A DNA stretch of 64,000 nucleotides, from assembly GCA_964016885.1 (NCBI GenBank), contig OZ024741.1, positions 361,398,001 through 361,462,000 on the forward strand. Direction: 5' to 3'. Both the position numbers and the translations under genes were made by a program. Under the pieces are notes generated by a model, which was given only the letters and a program-made list of their open reading frames with translations, searched no databases and had not been told where the DNA came from. This document shows positions 61,453 through 64,000 of this stretch, piece by piece. The number at the start of each line of letters is the position of its first letter. Positions within the stretch are counted from its first letter, which is position 1. Source of the DNA: Eledone cirrhosa (taxonomy: Eukaryota).

Positions 61453-63532
61453 AAGGGAATAATAACCTTTCGTTTTGAAGACACAATAAAACACACAGTA
61501 CATTATAAAGTGGTTGGTGATAAGAAGGGCATCTTCAGTTGTATCAGAGACATGGTAACCTCTTTAGTGCTGGTACTACATAAAATGCATGGTACACTCT
61601 GTAAAGTGTAGGAACGCATGTGAGCAAGAAGCAGACCTCGACCTATCTGAAAGATCAGTGGCTTTGATTAAATAACACCATTGGTTGAGAACCTTTTAAA
61701 GCATATGCAGACATCCCTTTTTGTTTTAAATTTGTGCCATAAATTCTAAATAAAAGGTCTAAAATGTTTTTAGACAAAGGTACCGTTATTATAATATAAC
61801 CGGTAGAGGGTTAGACGCCATGCTTTCTAGCATAGTTACGTCCCTTTACAGTCTGAGTTCAAATCCCGCCGAGGTTAATTTTGCCTTTCATCCTTACAGG
61901 GTCGATAAAATAAAGTACCAGTAATGTACTAGGTAATTGCTGGCCTTGTGCCTAAAATAGAAACAATTATTATATAACAAATAAGTTAACATCCTGTTTA
62001 TACTGGTTCTACCACTGGAGTCAATACAATCAAATGAAACAAATCCCTTCAATGACTGAATCAAGTAAAAGAATAGAAAAATTAAATGACCACCACCACA
62101 TCTTACAAGTTCAACAAAAGTTTAGAAGCTGCCTACAGTAAACCATCTACACACTTCTTTTATTAACTTGTTCCAACAGTAAACACATGGACACAAACAT
62201 GCATACATACAACAGGCTTGCACACAGTCCAAGGCTACAGTAGAAGACATGTGCCCAAGCTGCCTCACAGTCAGATTGAAACAACAATCACATAGTTCCA
62301 AAGTGAACTTGAAATTCTTATTTTCAAAAATATTTGAAACAAATAAGCAATGTCTCTCATTAGAAATACTAGCAGAAAACCACCCTTCGGATGTTTTCTG
62401 CAAGTATGTGTAGTGTGCATATTGATATTATACGCAAATATATATACATGTAGATATGGTGTCAAATAAAAATTAAATTGAGAATATGAACAGAAATTGA
62501 AGAGAGACTGTCTTCTGTAATCAGTAAAGTAATCCACGATACATTTAAAAAAGACATTATATATAAACTTCATTACGGCAAAATGTTATGAAAACGAAAA
62601 AGGAGAAAATTAGCGACAGAAATATAAACATTATGATGCAAATATATGAACGTTTATATAAGCAATTTGATATAGTGTACGGTTATGTGTTATGATATAA
62701 TGGACGCTAACTGGTAGTGTAGACATTTGAAAATTAAAAAAAAATGAATCTTAAAATAAGCTATACAGTGCTTATATATAAAAATATTTATGTTTAATCA
62801 ACAGATACAAAATTTAGTAGATAAATTATATAATATTCATTCATGATTTATTCAAAGTACTTATTGTAATAACGTGTTCAGAAAAAATATCCCTGAGTCA
62901 CGCAGACCTCCAATCATTAGATAACAATGAAAGGGTTGTCTCGCAACAACTACCAGTCTATTTATGTAGGCTTTAAAAAAAGAAGTACAGCAAAGATGTT
63001 AGTGCTCTGTGTGGTTGGACAGAGTCAATAAGGGGAAGTTTTAACTTAACGTCCTTAACACGCACAAAACTGCAGTAGCAAAATGTTCTTCAAATGTCCA
63101 AAACAGTATTGTGACTACATCAGATTAAAAATTGAAGTCTAGTTTACTGCAAATGTTCACAATGATCTATCCACTAGTAAAGATACTCTAAATAATTGAA
63201 TTAACAAACCCGTTTTTAGATATTTTCTGCTAAATCATTACAGTGTTAAGTGAGAGAAGAAGGCTGCTACTGATTACTATGCTCAGAAGCAACCAATCAG
63301 CAGTCAGTTGTGGTTTCTTTCCAGTCAATGCTGCAGTAGAAGGCTGACTAATGGTAGCATGACAAGAAGTGGTGGAACATTAGAAATATTGAGGGATTTC
63401 TATTATTTTGTGCAAAGAAGAAAAAGAGATTCTCTCTTACATACACTATTATAAAAAATTATTTCAGGAAGATTAAAAAATATTCAAGTTAAATTATTTT
63501 ATTTCTGAATTTATAAACATTTGAGAAAAAAA

Positions 63533-63732
63533 NNNNNNNNNNNNNNNNNNNNNNNNNNNNNNNNNNNNNNNNNNNNNNNNNNNNNNNNNNNNNNNNNNNN
63601 NNNNNNNNNNNNNNNNNNNNNNNNNNNNNNNNNNNNNNNNNNNNNNNNNNNNNNNNNNNNNNNNNNNNNNNNNNNNNNNNNNNNNNNNNNNNNNNNNNNN
63701 NNNNNNNNNNNNNNNNNNNNNNNNNNNNNNNN
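63533..63732. other. Assembly gap (200 N)
   Basis: Run of N. Confidence 1.
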
Positions 63733-64000
63733 CTTACCAAAATATACCCCCGTCTCACTACCCCCACCCCATCCACACCACCCCTCTCGATGTAAAGTTA
63801 TGTTGGTACCACAACATCCAGTCCTAAATAAATGAGGTCGTGTAGGTGTCACAACAAAAAAAACACAGTCCACGCTGTAATGTGGCCGTGTAGGTAACAC
63901 GGTAAAAACCTCCCAGTCCACACTGTAAACGTGGTTGGTGTTAGGAAGGGCATCCGGCCGTAGAAAACTCGCCAGACAGTCCTATACGAGCAAGACAACC
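63733..64000 (+). mobile_element. RTE 3' tail copy adjacent to assembly gap
   Basis: Reverse complement of 49557-49830. Confidence 0.85.

Overview
AT-rich, transposon- and microsatellite-dense animal genomic DNA. The SINE/LINE complement resembles a coleoid cephalopod such as Octopus (inference from recalled repeat families, not verified). Two convergent spliced genes were reconstructed by hand from GT-AG boundaries and reading-frame phase. (1) The last four coding exons of a calpain-type penta-EF-hand domain on the + strand (13104-21157; 79/117/59/27 bp). (2) Twelve coding exons of a REST corepressor (CoREST/RCOR) on the - strand (58154-43225, 5' end not found). The RCOR frame only closes if a 110-bp exon (52517-52626) encoding a GATA-like C4 zinc finger is included; vertebrate RCOR1-3 lack this domain. 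The rest is nested, decayed mobile DNA: a Gypsy LTR plus gag, CRE-, RTE-, R4/Dong-, Tx1- and CR1-like LINE fragments, a Helitron, a deleted piggyBac with its MITE family, a mariner relic and several tRNA-derived SINE families. The most unusual non-coding signals are two complete minimal type I hammerhead-ribozyme folds (2186-2291 +, 9166-9232 -) of the Penelope/retrozyme type, plus a related cluster of long fold-backs at about 30.0-30.5 kb. There is a 200-N assembly gap at 63533-63732.
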